Shown here one piece after another: positions 37,766 to 50,649 of a stretch of 64,000 nucleotides of DNA. The translations under genes were made by a program, and so were the position numbers. The stretch is taken from contig BDGG01000011.1 of assembly GCA_001949185.1 (NCBI GenBank), positions 67,249-131,248 of the forward strand, written 5' to 3'. Each line of letters begins with the position of its first letter. Position 1 is the stretch's first letter. The stretch comes from Ramazzottius varieornatus. Its lineage: Eukaryota; Animalia; Tardigrada. The notes under the pieces were generated by a model. It was not told the DNA's origin. It did not search any database and saw only the letters and a list, made by a program, of their open reading frames with translations.

Positions 37766-38299
37766 AGGGGATTTTTCCAATCCACCGCCTCTGATCCTCA
37801 AACCGATATGCCAGGTCGATAGAAAAAAGTTTTTCTATCGTCTAAGCCAAAAATCTAGTCATCGTTCCGTTCCTGGAATAAACTAGAGGGTTCAGAAGTG
37901 ATAGTCCACTGACCGCTAAAATGCGCCACGATGACGTAAAAGTTTATTGATTGCCACTTTGATTGACCACAAAGCGATCAGCTGATCCTCGTACTGTTGA
38001 CTTTGCCCGCACTACACGCCTGAACATGCTAGAAACACACAAAAGCAAGCCTTCCGCTGCACAGTCAACAGTACGGGCCATCAGCTGATCGCTTTGCGGT
38101 CAATCAAAGTGGCAATCAATAAACTTTTACGTCATCGCGGCGCACTTTAGCGCTCAATGGACTATCACTTCCGAGCCTCCAGTTTATTCCAGGAACGGAA
38201 TGATGACTGGGTTTTCGGCTCAGACGATAGAGGAAACTCTTCTCTATCAACCTGGCATGTCGGTTTGAGGATGAGAGGCAGCGGATTGAAAAAATCCCT
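37766..38299. mobile_element. Foldback MITE with ~235-bp arms
   Basis: Arms aggggatttttccaatcc...gtactgttgact / agtcaacagtac...ggattgaaaaaatccct around a short spacer. Confidence 0.85.
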
Positions 38300-38575
38300 T
38301 TGTTAGGTTATGCATGGATTAAATTTTGCGCCCGCTGAGTGCATGGCAGGCACGGAACGGAATGAGTCGTCTTGCCATTGAAGTTTCCATTGCACTCCCT
38401 ACGGTGTCTACGGCACCTCAATAAAACCTAATAAACTCAAGTCTATCGGACATGAAGGTTCCTGACTTGCACCAAATAGCCAGAAAATTGCCACCGTATA
38501 GAACCCCGACGTGGCCCAGATTTCTCTCTAACGGAATTAAGGATTCAAGTCTCCACACGCTCTCCGGACCGGTAA

Positions 38576-38883
38576 TATAGCTATACGGATACGCAACTCA
38601 TACTACCGGCTGCAAGGCTTTGCAGCCGGGAATAGCGTTTGTGACGTCGCTCACAAGAGCAGCGTTGGCCGTAGCGCTCACCATCGCCGAAGCGAAACCT
38701 ATGTGTTGTGTGGCTGTGCGGTACATAATTAGAGGTATGGCTTGCGCAATCCACACACTTGCATATTTTAATGCTCATGACGGTGCACCGCGCATGCCCT
38801 ACTTATAGTGCGCGTTCTAAGCTCCGCCCCCATTTCAGAAAGTACTCCAACGTACTCGCGGACTGCGTATCCGTATAGCTATG
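38576..38883. mobile_element. MITE with (C)ATAG termini and an 8-bp TSD (P-element-like)
   Basis: Perfect 19-bp TIR atagctatacggatacgca / tgcgtatccgtatagctat. Flanks accggtaa / accgggaa match at 7 of 8 positions. Confidence 0.75.
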
Positions 38884-39006
38884 ACCGGGAAGCCTTCACT
38901 TCCGCCTCGGTTTCTTACACAGACTGTGAGCCATCTCTAGTTGCATGGACGGCACCCATCGATGCGTCCAGACGATCCCGAACTGCCCACAGGAAACTAT
39001 ACCCTT

Positions 39007-40267
39007 CCGTGTTCCCACAGCTATTAAAACCGTCGCTGAACCTCCTGGAATCCCTGAGGTTTCAGCTATGGTCCAGACATGAACCCACAAGTAACCCAAA
39101 TAGCGACATGAAAATGACATTACTGGCTTACCGCTGGGAAATATCTGACTATCGGACATGAGAAAGTTCTGAATTTTTCAAGGTTTTCACTGGGACCAAA
39201 ACCCTCGTAAAACCCAAAATGATGATTTTTATTGCTTACGATTCCACTGCTCTTGACATTACCAAACAGCGAACGGAAGAAGAAAAGGAAGGTCGAAGGG
39301 AACCGAAGATCAACTAGAAGACAACCTGAATACCACAAACCATAACTGAAAGGTCTGGAAAGCCGTGAAACATAACGCGAAATCGCAGGGAAGAAAACAG
39401 TGTGCAGCACAGTAAGTTAAGACAAACTTGATGTGAACATCTAGAGTACTTTCATGAAGATGCTCCTCTGCGACTTCCATGAGAACGCAGTCGATCCGCT
39501 GGTAGCAGAAGCATTGCCCAGACGATGTCTGAAAGAACAAGAGGTTGCCCTAGAAATCGACAAGTCCATACTTCATTAACGAAATTTCTGGATTTATCAT
39601 TCGCACGTGTCACTCACTCGATTGGTTGATGATTCTCGAGCGATATTGCAAGCGAGTAACCGTTCTTAGCCTCTGCCAGCCACCTGAAACACAGCAGATA
39701 CATCGCAGAAACGACGCCGTAGGCATCTGGGGTTTATGTGCTCACTCTTGAAGTGCCCAAGAGTGTTGAGAAGCAGACTATACCTTCGAAATCGGCTACG
39801 GCATTACACAGCTGACTCCAGCCTCCAAAGAAGAGCGTAGACGATGCAGAGTCAATTCCGCCGATCAGATCGTTCTCCGATCGTTTCCAGTCTTCAGCAC
39901 TCGTTTCTCAAAAAGTTCGATATTCATGACGAACAAGTAAAAAGACGTTTGCCATGCGAGTTAGGATGGAGGAAAACAAATATCAGACCCCAACTGAAAT
40001 TCCGAAAACGAAATTTTACGAAAGTCAGCAAGCGATCGGAAGCGAGCAAATCACCAATCAAAAACCAATTCAAACTAGGCTCCACCTCCTTATCGGGAGA
40101 AATCACAGAACCGTCAGGATCATTTTATGGTTTGTGCTGGTGCGACATCAGCACATCGGGTTCACCTCGCAAAACCCTCAGCTTCACTGGGAAGCCGACG
40201 GTGGGCCAAGGTTTAGCCACAGAAACATTTGTTTATTTTAATGTGAAAAAGGCTTGTGGCAACAGGG
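39007..40267 (-). mobile_element. Family D, copy 2 (opposite orientation)
   Basis: Ends ccgtgttcccac / gtggcaacaggg. Shared blocks include gccacaagccttttt, acggttctgtgatttc, ttcgttttcggaatttcag and ctggaccatagctgaaacctca. Confidence 0.7.
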
Positions 40268-40859
40268 CCTATTTCTGCTTATCACGTTATGTTTATTAAT
40301 ATGTGATAATGGTAGCGTACTCCGCACTGAATTAATTGGTCTTTCCGCCTTTAGCTATTAAGCATTCCACTGAAGAAGACACAGCTAGTTGCCGGGATCG
40401 GCAAGAAAGGATAAAATTCGTACGAGAAAGACGGAATTCACTTCAGATACGACCTGGGTAGCCATGCAATTGCTTGCGTCAAACGTACAACGCGCGATCT
40501 CGATCCCTACGGACTTCTCACGGAGGGAACTTTGAATCTTTTATTTTAAGGCAGCTGGTGACAACAGGAAGACGAGACATACGGTGAAACCCATCCGTAG
40601 GCTTCCACCGATCTTTCTGATGATACGACCTGTGAGCCATGGCAGATTGAATATTCAACTTTATGATGATGTAATTTGCACTGCTCCTACGAGCATCCTC
40701 CGGTTCTGCACCTAAGTGAACTCGAGAATAAGTGTGTTTCACTCCGATCACGACGTGTCCGAAAGATATTGGTTACCTCAGTACCAAGATTTACAGTTTT
40801 CCTCAAAACTTCTACATGTACAGCTTGGTTCCACGACGTTACTATCTACATCAGTCAAC

Positions 40860-43800
40860 ATGCGTCTTCGGCTTCTCATCTGGCTTTTAATTTTTCCTGC
40901 GATCAACGGACTCGAAGTGGTATTCGTAACTCTTCTACCTCACTACGCGCCGCTGATAACTTCGATGCGAGCTTTGGGGGCTGTGTTGAACTTAACAGTT
41001 GAGCAAGCACAGCGAACGTATCAGTTTCGTTTTAACGTTACCATCAAAGATGTCTACAGTCCATTATATCGATCTTGTGCCGATGTCGAAGCGAACCAAG
41101 CTTGGATGGCAGCCGAATACTATTACAGAGCCGCTTCCAGCCAGAAATGTTTGGCTCTTATTGGGTCAGGTGCGGTACTGTACACTTGTGCAGTTTGATA
41201 TTAGATAAAACCAACGTTCTTGAAATACTAATGATTCGTTCCTTGAAGGATGCAACGACCCGTTGACAATGGCGAAACTTGGCCGAGGTAGGTGCATATC
41301 ATGCATTTTACACATCTCCAAATATGTTTAAAGTTTGTATAAACTTGCTCAAAGTTTTTAATTGTAATCATGATGTCGAGTTGTAAGTCTCTTTCTAGAG
41401 TGGAATCTTCCTTTCTTCCCGAGGTACAGTCATTTGTTTGAGTGCTGAACCGCAACCCCACCATTTACTTTGTGTGTCGCAGCGGCTACGGTATGCCCCT
41501 TGGAAGACGCCAGCAGTACCCGACCATCATCACTTTGGCAAGCACGAGCGTCCGATATGTGAAGATCCTATCCACAGTTTTCCAGCGCTTTCACTGGCAG
41601 CACGTAGTTTTCATCACCGACGCAGCAAATCCTATAACCTTTTATGCTGAAATTACACAGCTCCTACAAGACGCCAAAATCGCCAGTGCAATGAGAGAAG
41701 ATGGCTACCGGCTTGAGCTTCTGTCAATCGCTGGCAACAACTCGCAAAGCATTGCAGATGCTCTAAGGGTTGGCCGTCAAAAGAACCGAGGTATATGAAC
41801 AACAGTCGTCCGTATCCTTAGGCAACTCAATTATGCAGTATCACTCGGTGTTCATTACAGTGTTTGTGCTGGGATGTCATGTTCTCCTAGCCCGTGATAT
41901 TCTGGTACGTTCACCTCTCTAACGGATAATCTGATGACGTCTCGGCGGGGTTATAATATTCGAAAGTGCTGGTGATGTCGCAGGAAATAGCTACCCAGGC
42001 CAATATGACAAACGGAGATTACGTAAGCGACTCGGTGATGCTAATGTTCGGCGTACGGTTATTTATAAAGGGAGGTGTGACTCGTTCAATCCAGAGCCTG
42101 CGTTACGTACGATCAAAGGCCCGGCCGACACGGCCCTGAGTGAAGTATCGAGGTTTTCCCCTAGGAGGGGTTGAGCACGCTGACTCAGGGCCGTGTCGGC
42201 CGGGGCTTTGATCGTACGTAACGCATGCTCTGGTTCAATCTGACCATGAAGTCATGAGCACGCTGTTCTGGATTGCAGGTTTTCATTAATTTCCAGCCGA
42301 TCGACCTACTTCCCTATGGGAAGTACGGTCAGTTAAGCAACGCCACGGACCAGGTATGTAGAATGAAATACGACGGCTCGGCAGTGGAGTGGCCACCGCG
42401 GGAAAACGACTGTCAAGTGGCCACAGGTAGACCTCAGCAGCCATTCCCTCAAATCTTTTCGCTTTTCATTCATCCGATAGATACGAGGGAACGGTTGTTG
42501 AGTTAGCCGGCCTGTGGCGGAGTTGTTGAGTTAGCCACCGGTTACTAGGAGTAGGCCCTCGAAAGGCCTACTGGTTATGACGTGTGGCTAACTCAACAAC
42601 CGAAATCTGGGGTGGCTAACTCGACGACCTTTCCCTCGCAATCATATTAACTTATTTATCAGACATAAGGAAGGCGAAACAAGGCTCGAAACGTTGAGGA
42701 CGGATCTGCTGTAACGAACAGATTTGTTCGCTTACTTTGATAGCCAGATCTTGGCTATTTTCTACGAAAACTCTTCATCAGGAAGCAAGTTAAAAGTTGG
42801 ACGGATGAGGAATCGAACCTCCAAATGCTGCTTACATGGCGAGCACTCGCACCACTGGGCCATCCAAGCTATTAACTGCTCCGTGATTAACTTAGTGCGC
42901 CTTTGCGCACTAAGTTAATCAATCCTTACACTGTGGGAGAAGGCAGAGTGTTCTCAATGTTAAAAAGCCTGTTTTGACCAAATCAGCTGATTTTTATCAG
43001 TCAATCAACCATCCCATACGGTGCTTGGACCTTCGTAGTGTGGCCACTCCGACGGCTAAATTCTGCGGTGGCCACTCCACTGCCGAGCCCTCTCGTACTG
43101 TGAATATTCGCTGCATCGCGCAGTACGCATACGTACGTGACAATACATCCCTTGAGGATGTTGCGCAATCCGAGAAACCGGACCGGGGATGTAGTTCACT
43201 TGCACGATGACCTACTGCGCGGATGCAGCGAATATTTAAAGTACTGCAAGATTTGTGGGGACAGTCAAGCTCCACTAAGTCCACATTTCTGAGAATACTT
43301 GTAGCTTATGAATGGGTATCGGTCTCTGCTTCTGTTCACGGTACCACTTGGCTCCGCCACGACGGACGAGGATCTGAACCGTGAGATAGTAACATTGTCG
43401 AAAGAGATGTACAATTACACTTTCGAGCCAGGATCACAGGTAGCTGACCTTTAAATCCTTTTGAACAAAGGCGCGCTCCATCTGTGCGGGATCACGTGAT
43501 TTGCAGCCCATGGACTATTTCGTGGTACAGCAAGCCCGAAACACAGTGGATCTCTTCGCGCAGCTGGTCAATGAAAGTCTCGAAGAAATACCGAACAAAC
43601 CAAGTCTCTGTGGTGGCGCTGCCATCGCGGCTGCATTATCTAATCGGAACTTTGACTTAAACGGCAGGAAGATCTTTCTTGACAGCGAGGCCAACATGGA
43701 TCTCCCATACACGTTATTCGCATATAACAGGTTCAGCTCACGGATGCAGGTTAGTCAGCGGTATCGACGGTACAAGGCTCGAAATGAGTGTTATGCACCT

Positions 43801-44139
43801 ACAGTAGTTCACGCCATCTTCAGTGATCTTGTTCTTTAAAACCATTAGGCAGTGGCCTCTTACAATCCAGCCCAACGCGTGATGTCGTGGAGCGAGGACT
43901 TTGCAGCAGACTGGCCAAGCAGTCACAGTAATCCACCTCCAGATGTTCCGATCTGCGGATTTTCTGGAGAAGAAGGACCATGCTTGTGGGAACGTAAGTT
44001 CCGAAAGTCAAGAGCTACTGGTGAGGCGGATGTAACCCCATGTTTGCCGTATACTAGGTCGCCAGAAACTGCACGACACCATCGAGAAAATCTGTGGGAT
44101 CGCTGGAGGTCTCGCTGTTGTTGTGGTATTGGTGGCAGG
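40860..44139 (+). CDS. ANF-receptor-family single-pass receptor (ectodomain plus TM; no kinase or cyclase exons found)
   Basis: Eleven open exons: MRLRLLIWLLIFPAING, SCADVEANQAWMAAEYYY, GCNDP, EWNLPF, YPTIIT..FHWQHV, VFVLGC, NMTNGDY, VFINFQP, YRSLLL, LCGG..NRNF, PPPDVPICGF, and TM ICGIAGGLAVVVVLVAG. The final exon is uncertain (candidates 44190-44232 or 44901-45069). Confidence 0.8.
42092..42232. mobile_element. hAT-type MITE
   Basis: ~48-bp TIR starting cagagc, with a perfect 8-bp TSD gttcaatc at 42084-42091 and 42233-42240. Confidence 0.88.
42371..43095. mobile_element. Mariner-type element containing a nested MITE C
   Basis: TA-flanked TIR cgacggctcggcagtggagtggccaccgc / gcggtggccactccactgccgagccctctcg. 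Confidence 0.78.
42484..42638. mobile_element. MITE family C, copy 2 (nested)
   Basis: Colinear with 27720-27874. Confidence 0.8.
43098..43241. mobile_element. Tc1/mariner MITE family E, copy 1
   Basis: TA-ctgtgaatattcgctgcatc ... gatgcagcgaatatttaaag-TA. A reverse-orientation relative lies at 48568-48712. Confidence 0.75.
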
Positions 44140-46040
44140 GTAGGTGCAGGTTGAGTCAAAATGCTTTGACCGATTTTAAAATTTTGCAGAAAAACCAGTA
44201 TCGACCCTTCTGCCTCTGAATTTCTTCTTTAAATAGCCTAACCATCTGAGATCGGCCTTAGAGAATTCGGTGATGCTTGTTCGCATCTGAAAAATCATGC
44301 AAAAACAAACCTCGACAGGCCGGAAAGCACCCCTCGACTCAACTTGACGCTCAAGATCGTAACTCTACCTGAGCCAATCTTTCCATTCTACCGTTAATTC
44401 GATAGACCATTTTCGTATGAGACCATTTCCGAATTTGAAATCTATACATGATTCTATGCATAGATTTTAAAAACATCGTCTTAGGTTTGACAAAAAATGG
44501 ACTTTAATGATCACTTTTCGGCTGAATTATTCAAAAATTTTACGGCTGCTGAGTTAGAGGATTGCGCTCTGCTTTCGTGTGATTTCCGACTGACAAGTTG
44601 TTGCCAATACTTGTAATTAAGGTAGTGTTTGATATCTTTAGTTCTCTCAAAAGCGGAAAACTGAAGAAAACCAGAACTTGTTTCGCTGCAGTCACCCAGT
44701 TGACTGCTCTAGAGGAAACCTCGGAGACATATCTTGAAACCGATTATTTCTGTCCAACGACTTAAACCTTCTTGGACAGATAAGCGTTGGCGAAAAGATT
44801 TTCGAAACCTTCGTTTGGCAGTAAACAAATTCCAATTATGACGAGTTCATAGTCCAAAAAGGTACCTTGATTTTCGGGTCGCTGAAACCTTTCTCTGCAG
44901 GTTTTCTGTGAAGCGTGCAAGCGCAATAAAACTTTTAAAGATCATTTACAAACGTCAGAGCTACTTTCTGGCGAAATTTGGAAGCCGACGGGTCAACGCT
45001 CAGTTTTCTAACACAGTTCGAAGTCGGTCGAAGCATTGTAACTCAACCTGTAGATCGCGAATCTTTTAACTTCTTGCTAATTCAAGGAATGCTGGTCTCT
45101 GGCGATACAGGTTACTCTTACGAAGGGGACGGGACAAAGGAGATAGCTGGTTCATCTCACATGAACAACTGGGACAGCATTGTGGGCGGCGGATAAGCGC
45201 ATAAGACACAAAATTTGTAGAAAGGGGTGTGAACTCCGGTAGAAGCCTACTAAATGCTGAGTTTTGTGAGCGCTTCACCCGATTGTCGGTTGTCATTCTG
45301 AAATGATTCTATGGGTATGATCCAAAGGTTTACGTACGTAACCTTAACAGTATTATACAACAGATTCGGCGGCCATCCTTGATTCTTAATTACTATCAAT
45401 AAGTACTACAGAACATCGCTTACTCAAAACATGACGGACTGAATAACTCAATAATGCGGGAAGGTGTAACCCAGTTACACTCCTTTATCAAGCCGAGCGA
45501 AGCGAGGCGTATTTAAAGGGAGACTGGGGCAATGTTGAGTTTGACCACAATGAAATGAAGCTTTGTGGGGCTGTTGTCGCTAAACGCATGACCATTGGCT
45601 GGCGCACTATACTGGATCGCAACACAGCGCATGCACGTGCGTCATTCATTCCTTCAGGCACGCAAACCGAGTTTTGTACGTAGCTGGTTCGGAGTATGCC
45701 GGTGCATGACCGAGTTAGTTTTCTGCTCTTGACAAAACCTACGAGCTTCTCATTCGCATCCGAGGCATCCAAGTACATCGCCCTTATTGCCATCGAAGGC
45801 CTGACGCCGCGTATGCAGGTGCCCGCGAAGTTTCAAATGAAATTTTCAGTGGTTTTCAGATCTCGCTCTTCACATGCTTTCGGAGGAAAAACACCATCAA
45901 ATTTCCGAAGCCGGGTTCGAACGGTTGGTTGTTCCGAGAACGTGGAGCCGCGCGAAGCGTGGGTTATACTTCTTGGAACCACCATCCCGTTCATACATCC
46001 GTCTAAAGTTCATCCACGACGAGAAAGTTCAGAGCAGTAA

Positions 46041-46173
46041 AAAGTTGGAACAGGCGATTCCGAAACAGCGGAACGGATTTGTACGTACGTGTGCCATTCA
46101 CACTAATGCACTTTTTGAAAATTGTCTACGGTTGAATTCTCAATTTGCGACCTTTTCCGCCTGCTCAAAACTT
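46041..46173. mobile_element. MITE family A, diverged copy 4
   Basis: Ends aaagttggaacaggc / gcctgctcaaaacttt, with internal gtacgtacg..ctacggttgaatt..ttttccgcctg. Confidence 0.55.
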
Positions 46174-48567
46174 TGTACTGCTCCATACCTTCTCGTTGTG
46201 CGGGTACTCTGGGAAGAGCGGCTGTACCTTCTCTCGGGTTACCGGTGCGCTGAGCTCGGCTTTCCAGTGGTGAACCACATGTTACCCTAGTCAGACAACA
46301 TGAAAAATAAGTACGCATTTTTAAAATTGTGACCACATCCGTGAACAGAAAAGCTCGTATTTCGAACTCGTCTCGAAAGGCATACTTAATTCGACCTCAC
46401 TATACAGAAGGCAGTGCAATGATTGCGACTTTCGTCGGCGAAAAATTTCAAATTTCTAAAACGCAGTGTGCGGAAAAGTGGAGCTTTTTCTAGCACGCAC
46501 TGAAGTCCAAAGTTGTATCGTAGTTCGGTAACACGACCGTCCCATTAATCTGTCAGTCTGTACGTACTGCGTGCGAGCACGTGCGGCGACGTGCTGCGTT
46601 ACCACGCGTTGCATCAGCATTTCAGTCTTTAACTTTCGCCAGAAGATTTCCGGCAGCTCCATGTTTGTTTTTGCGTTCACCCGACATTGCTCCATATTCT
46701 GGGGACGTAATCAGCCCTCTGTTTACCCTGCAAAAGCTTCCGACGTGTGCACGATGGAATCTTGGCCATTCGATCAGCCGACAGGTCAGTTTGTGCAGGG
46801 CAGATGTGAAAACCGCAACCTGCGATAGTCATATTCTGCCGCTTGATTGTTGATTTTCAGATGTGGTCACCACGAATGGATGACTGTCGTTCAAGTCCCT
46901 GCTTCCTCTCGTCGCAACTTTCTGAAGGTAAGACTACATTTCTCCAAGGAACTGCAGGAACAAGCTGCGTTCAAGTATCTTTTAGGAGATAATGTGTTTT
47001 GAAAAGTGGCCGAAACGTGTTGTTTTTGGCTTTGTAGGCACTCACACTCGCGGCGCCGATTGCTCCCTTCGGGTTTAGCCTTCGGTATCTCGTGGAACAT
47101 TTGGCTTTCTGATCGTCTCGTGTTCAGTTAACGGATGCTCATCCATTCTCTTTAGATTGATCTTGTGACCGCCGTGGGCCCGTTCCTCCGTGATCGACGT
47201 CAGCCTGTTTTTTGCGCGATACTTTATAATTTCATGCGATTGGTCTAGCGGATTCGGTCTTCCTGTTAGTAGTTTCCTTCTTTTGCTTTTCCGTCTCTCA
47301 TTTCATCACCGTGAAATATAGTCTCAAGTGTTCCCTGTCAGAGCTGGCGATATTACGTTGGAAAAATACGATGGTAGTGGTAGCAAGAATATGTCCGGTA
47401 GAAGTCTCTGATTGAGGACACGAAAAAGCTTTCAGAAAAGTTCCGAATATTTGTAGTGCGATGGGCGCAGAATAACGCTGCGGCTATGTTTACCGATGTA
47501 CCTCGAATTTGTTAACGAAAGTTGAACTCCATGTTTCCAAAAAGGATACGAAATACTATTCCAAAAATTGGTTTTGTCCGACAAGGGATTAGCTATGTAC
47601 TGCAAGGAAAAGCACATGAAATGTGTCAGCCAGGCAGGTCGAAGCCCAGTAAATGCGAAGATGGTTCTATCAGGTGCGGAAGTATGAGTTGTTCCTTTTC
47701 GAAGGAATACATTTGGAAACTTTTGCGAGTGAGGGTTTTGATTTTTTTCTGCTGCTTAATGTGATGGGTTGTTGACCAACACTCCTTATATTTCCGCAGC
47801 AAGAACTAACTTAAGTCCGTGCGTTGCCTACAGGAAGAGAAAGCTGGGTTTACTGTCAAAGGGGGAATATTTTTTCCCTATTTTTCCGACTTCTTTCTTC
47901 AGCTACTGGCTTGACCGACTTCGAAGCTAATCATCAGTCTATAGAACTGAGTTGGTTCTTCATAACGACAGTCAGGAGTTATCTCATTGCGTCTTGTGAT
48001 TTTTGAAGAATAAAACTTTCTATTTTTCCGGGTGTGAAAACGACCTGTGAAGTGCGGCACTTTAGTGAAGCAATTCGAGCTAAATCTTCTCAGCCTCACA
48101 GACTTTTTTTAAACGTCTAGTGAGATGTTGAGGACATGCACCAGAGAGTGCCGTGTTTTCGGACGAAGTTGATTCGCGATTGCACGCTCTCAACTCTCTC
48201 AACGCAAACATAGTATTTGGACTCGTATCCAAGTTTCCACCAGGATAACTTCTGTAGGCAATGTTTCGAAAGAAAATTTAATGGTGCTTTTGAAAGAGCA
48301 ACCAAATTAGAGTATGTTTCGCAGGCATGATCATGTCTTGAAAAAGATCTGGGCGCTCCGAGAGATTGTTTTCCCCGAAGTGGTGGGTTTTCCGAAGTTG
48401 CTGTTCGAAAACAGGAGACAAGTCAGACTTCCGCACCTGATAGGTTTCCTCAGGCAGAGACTTCATCGTAGAGAATACGTACCTGCACGTCATCATGTGA
48501 CTTCGTCTATCGTTGGTTGATGACGGGCGCTTATGCGTCGCTTTTTCCTGCCCCACGCAATGAAGTA

Positions 48568-48712
48568 CTATAAATATTCGCTGCGTCCGCGCATCGCGTC
48601 ATCATACAAGTGAAGTACAGCCCCGGTCCGGTTCCACGGATCGCGCAACTTCCTACGGGAGTGCATCATCGTATACGTGTACGGACTGCGCGAATGGAGC
48701 GAATATTTACAG
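48568..48712. mobile_element. MITE family E, copy 2
   Basis: TA-ctataaatattcgct ... agcgaatatttacag-TA. Internal ccccggtccggtt matches copy 1 reversed. Confidence 0.75.
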
Positions 48713-48714
48713 TA

Positions 48715-49349
48715 CAGTCCGGTCGCTCGAGAAGTGGACACCACTTTCAGATTTCAAAATTGCAGAATTACGGAAAACACAACAGTGTTTGCCATAAGAA
48801 GTTTTGATTGATATTTCGTTAGTTCATTCGCGCAAAAGAAGCAACCTGTTGCTTTCACTTCTTGTTCTCTGCTCAAAGTTCCGAACATTCTTTTGCTTGT
48901 CGCACCGCGTCTTTGTCAGACAAGCAGCGGAGATTCATGAAGACGTTTTCGGATTGAGGATTCCTTCGATAGACGGAGATGCAGTGGAGTATGTCTTGCG
49001 GATAACCATCGAACAACGAAAGGCACTTCTGGTGGAGCCTTGCAACCGACAAATCCCTGTACCTAGAAAACTGGACTCGCTTACCAGTTACCACGGAAAT
49101 GGCTCCGTGGTAAGCGACTCCAGCTATGAAATGATGATCAAAGGCTGCCAGCACGACTATACGAAGCTGCTTTCGAAAATCTGTGCCTTTCACATGATGG
49201 AAAATAAGTCGTTGATTTTCTCTCGTATTGATTGTTAGTGGCCTCTTGACGTCATCTCCTTCTAATTTTTGGCAAGCTGTACGGTAAATGTTTGACTGGT
49301 GAAGAACAAAAATGGAAGAACGATGTTCACTTCTCGAACGACCGGACTG
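48715..49349. mobile_element. Tc1-like non-autonomous element
   Basis: TIR cagtccggtcgctcgagaagtggaca / tgttcacttctcgaacgaccggactg, with TA at the left end. Confidence 0.8.
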
Positions 49350-49515
49350 CATCTGTATCCACGCTTGTCACGCTTACCAAAGTAATAAAGAGAGTTAACG
49401 CCGAGAGGTGTTACACTGCCGTTGACGCCATTTTGGGATTTTCCACATCACAAAATAGTACTTTCAGCAAGGTTGCTATGTGTATCACGAGTAGCTCACA
49501 CATCTAAATTTATAG

Positions 49516-50645
49516 ATGGAGCCAGTCGTCCTTTCACAAAGTGAGCGCGTCAAGTAGGACGAGGGCAAATAGGACGAGAGGGGCGTGAACCTTCGTTCAA
49601 CTCGATGGGCACCGGATAACCGTCCAGCCGTTCCTGGTCCTGTCGATCCGGAGCAAAGCTTTGACAATAGGCGGTTGCCCATCAACGCGCCATATTTCAC
49701 GACAGAAGATATCGCCTCTTTACTCCGACACGTGCAGCGACTCGAAGCTTCCAACCAAGCTCTACAACGGCAGGTACGCTCCCCCCCGACGTACTCGGTC
49801 TCCCGGGTCCCTTCGCCTATTCCGCCATACCGCAACCAAACCTCACCTACCCCAGATATCTACAGTGTCATGTCTAAAAAGCCACCTCCCTCAACTCACT
49901 TCAACTTCCCCCCAGTCACAGCCACTGTTGACAAGTTGCTCCGACAGAAATCAGCCTACGTTGTTTTTCAGGACCTGGTCACTGATAGTTATGTGCCCGA
50001 TAACCTTAAACGTAAACAGCCCGGCGATCCAAGTACAGGGCATTTGACGATCGGTGACTTGCCCTCGTGGAAAGACGCTTTTTTGACTTTCTGACTTTAT
50101 CGGAGCTATTACTACCCCGATATGGCTATGCCTTCCCTTGCCTATGCCGGCATTATTCGGGGTTGGCTTCACGCAAGCCCGACGTGCGTTTTTGGCTGGA
50201 ATATGACCAACGTTTTCGTCAAAAGATGGCATTGCCGGATTCTGACATGAACGGGTGGTTTCATGAGGATCGCGATTTCGTTAAGGCGGTTAAAAATAAT
50301 CTCAAGCCAATTCTTACCGCTGTTACGATTACCAGTACCGCTGTTCGGGGTCCTTACTCTGAATGGGTGCGCACCGCTACTTGCCATATCTGCAACGAAA
50401 AAGGCCATATCGCTACAACGTGCCCTAGCAAGGAAGGTGTGACTAGATCTAGATATTCTAATAACAAAATAGAGGGCTTTAATTCTAATTCTGATGCTGG
50501 TAATCGCTCTAAAGCTGTCGTTTTGGCTTGCAGCCGCCATAATGAACCTGGTGGCTGCGCCGAACCATGTTATCAGAACCATCCCCATAACTGCTCTCAA
50601 TGCCTCAAACCTGGGCATGCCAAGCTCACCCATCGCTACGCCTAG
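49516..50645 (+). pseudogene. gag-like ORF of element 1
   Basis: SWKDAFLTF..Y..WLEYDQRFRQKMA, CCHC knuckle CHICNEKGHIATTC, and terminal C..HN..GC..C..H.C..C..H. Contains stops and a frameshift. Confidence 0.85.
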
Positions 50646-50649
50646 TGAG

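Noticed and set aside
44400-48500. Search for kinase or cyclase exons of the 40860 receptor, and for ncRNA genes
   Set aside because: None recognised by eye; the region looks like degraded repeats whose ends I could not define.
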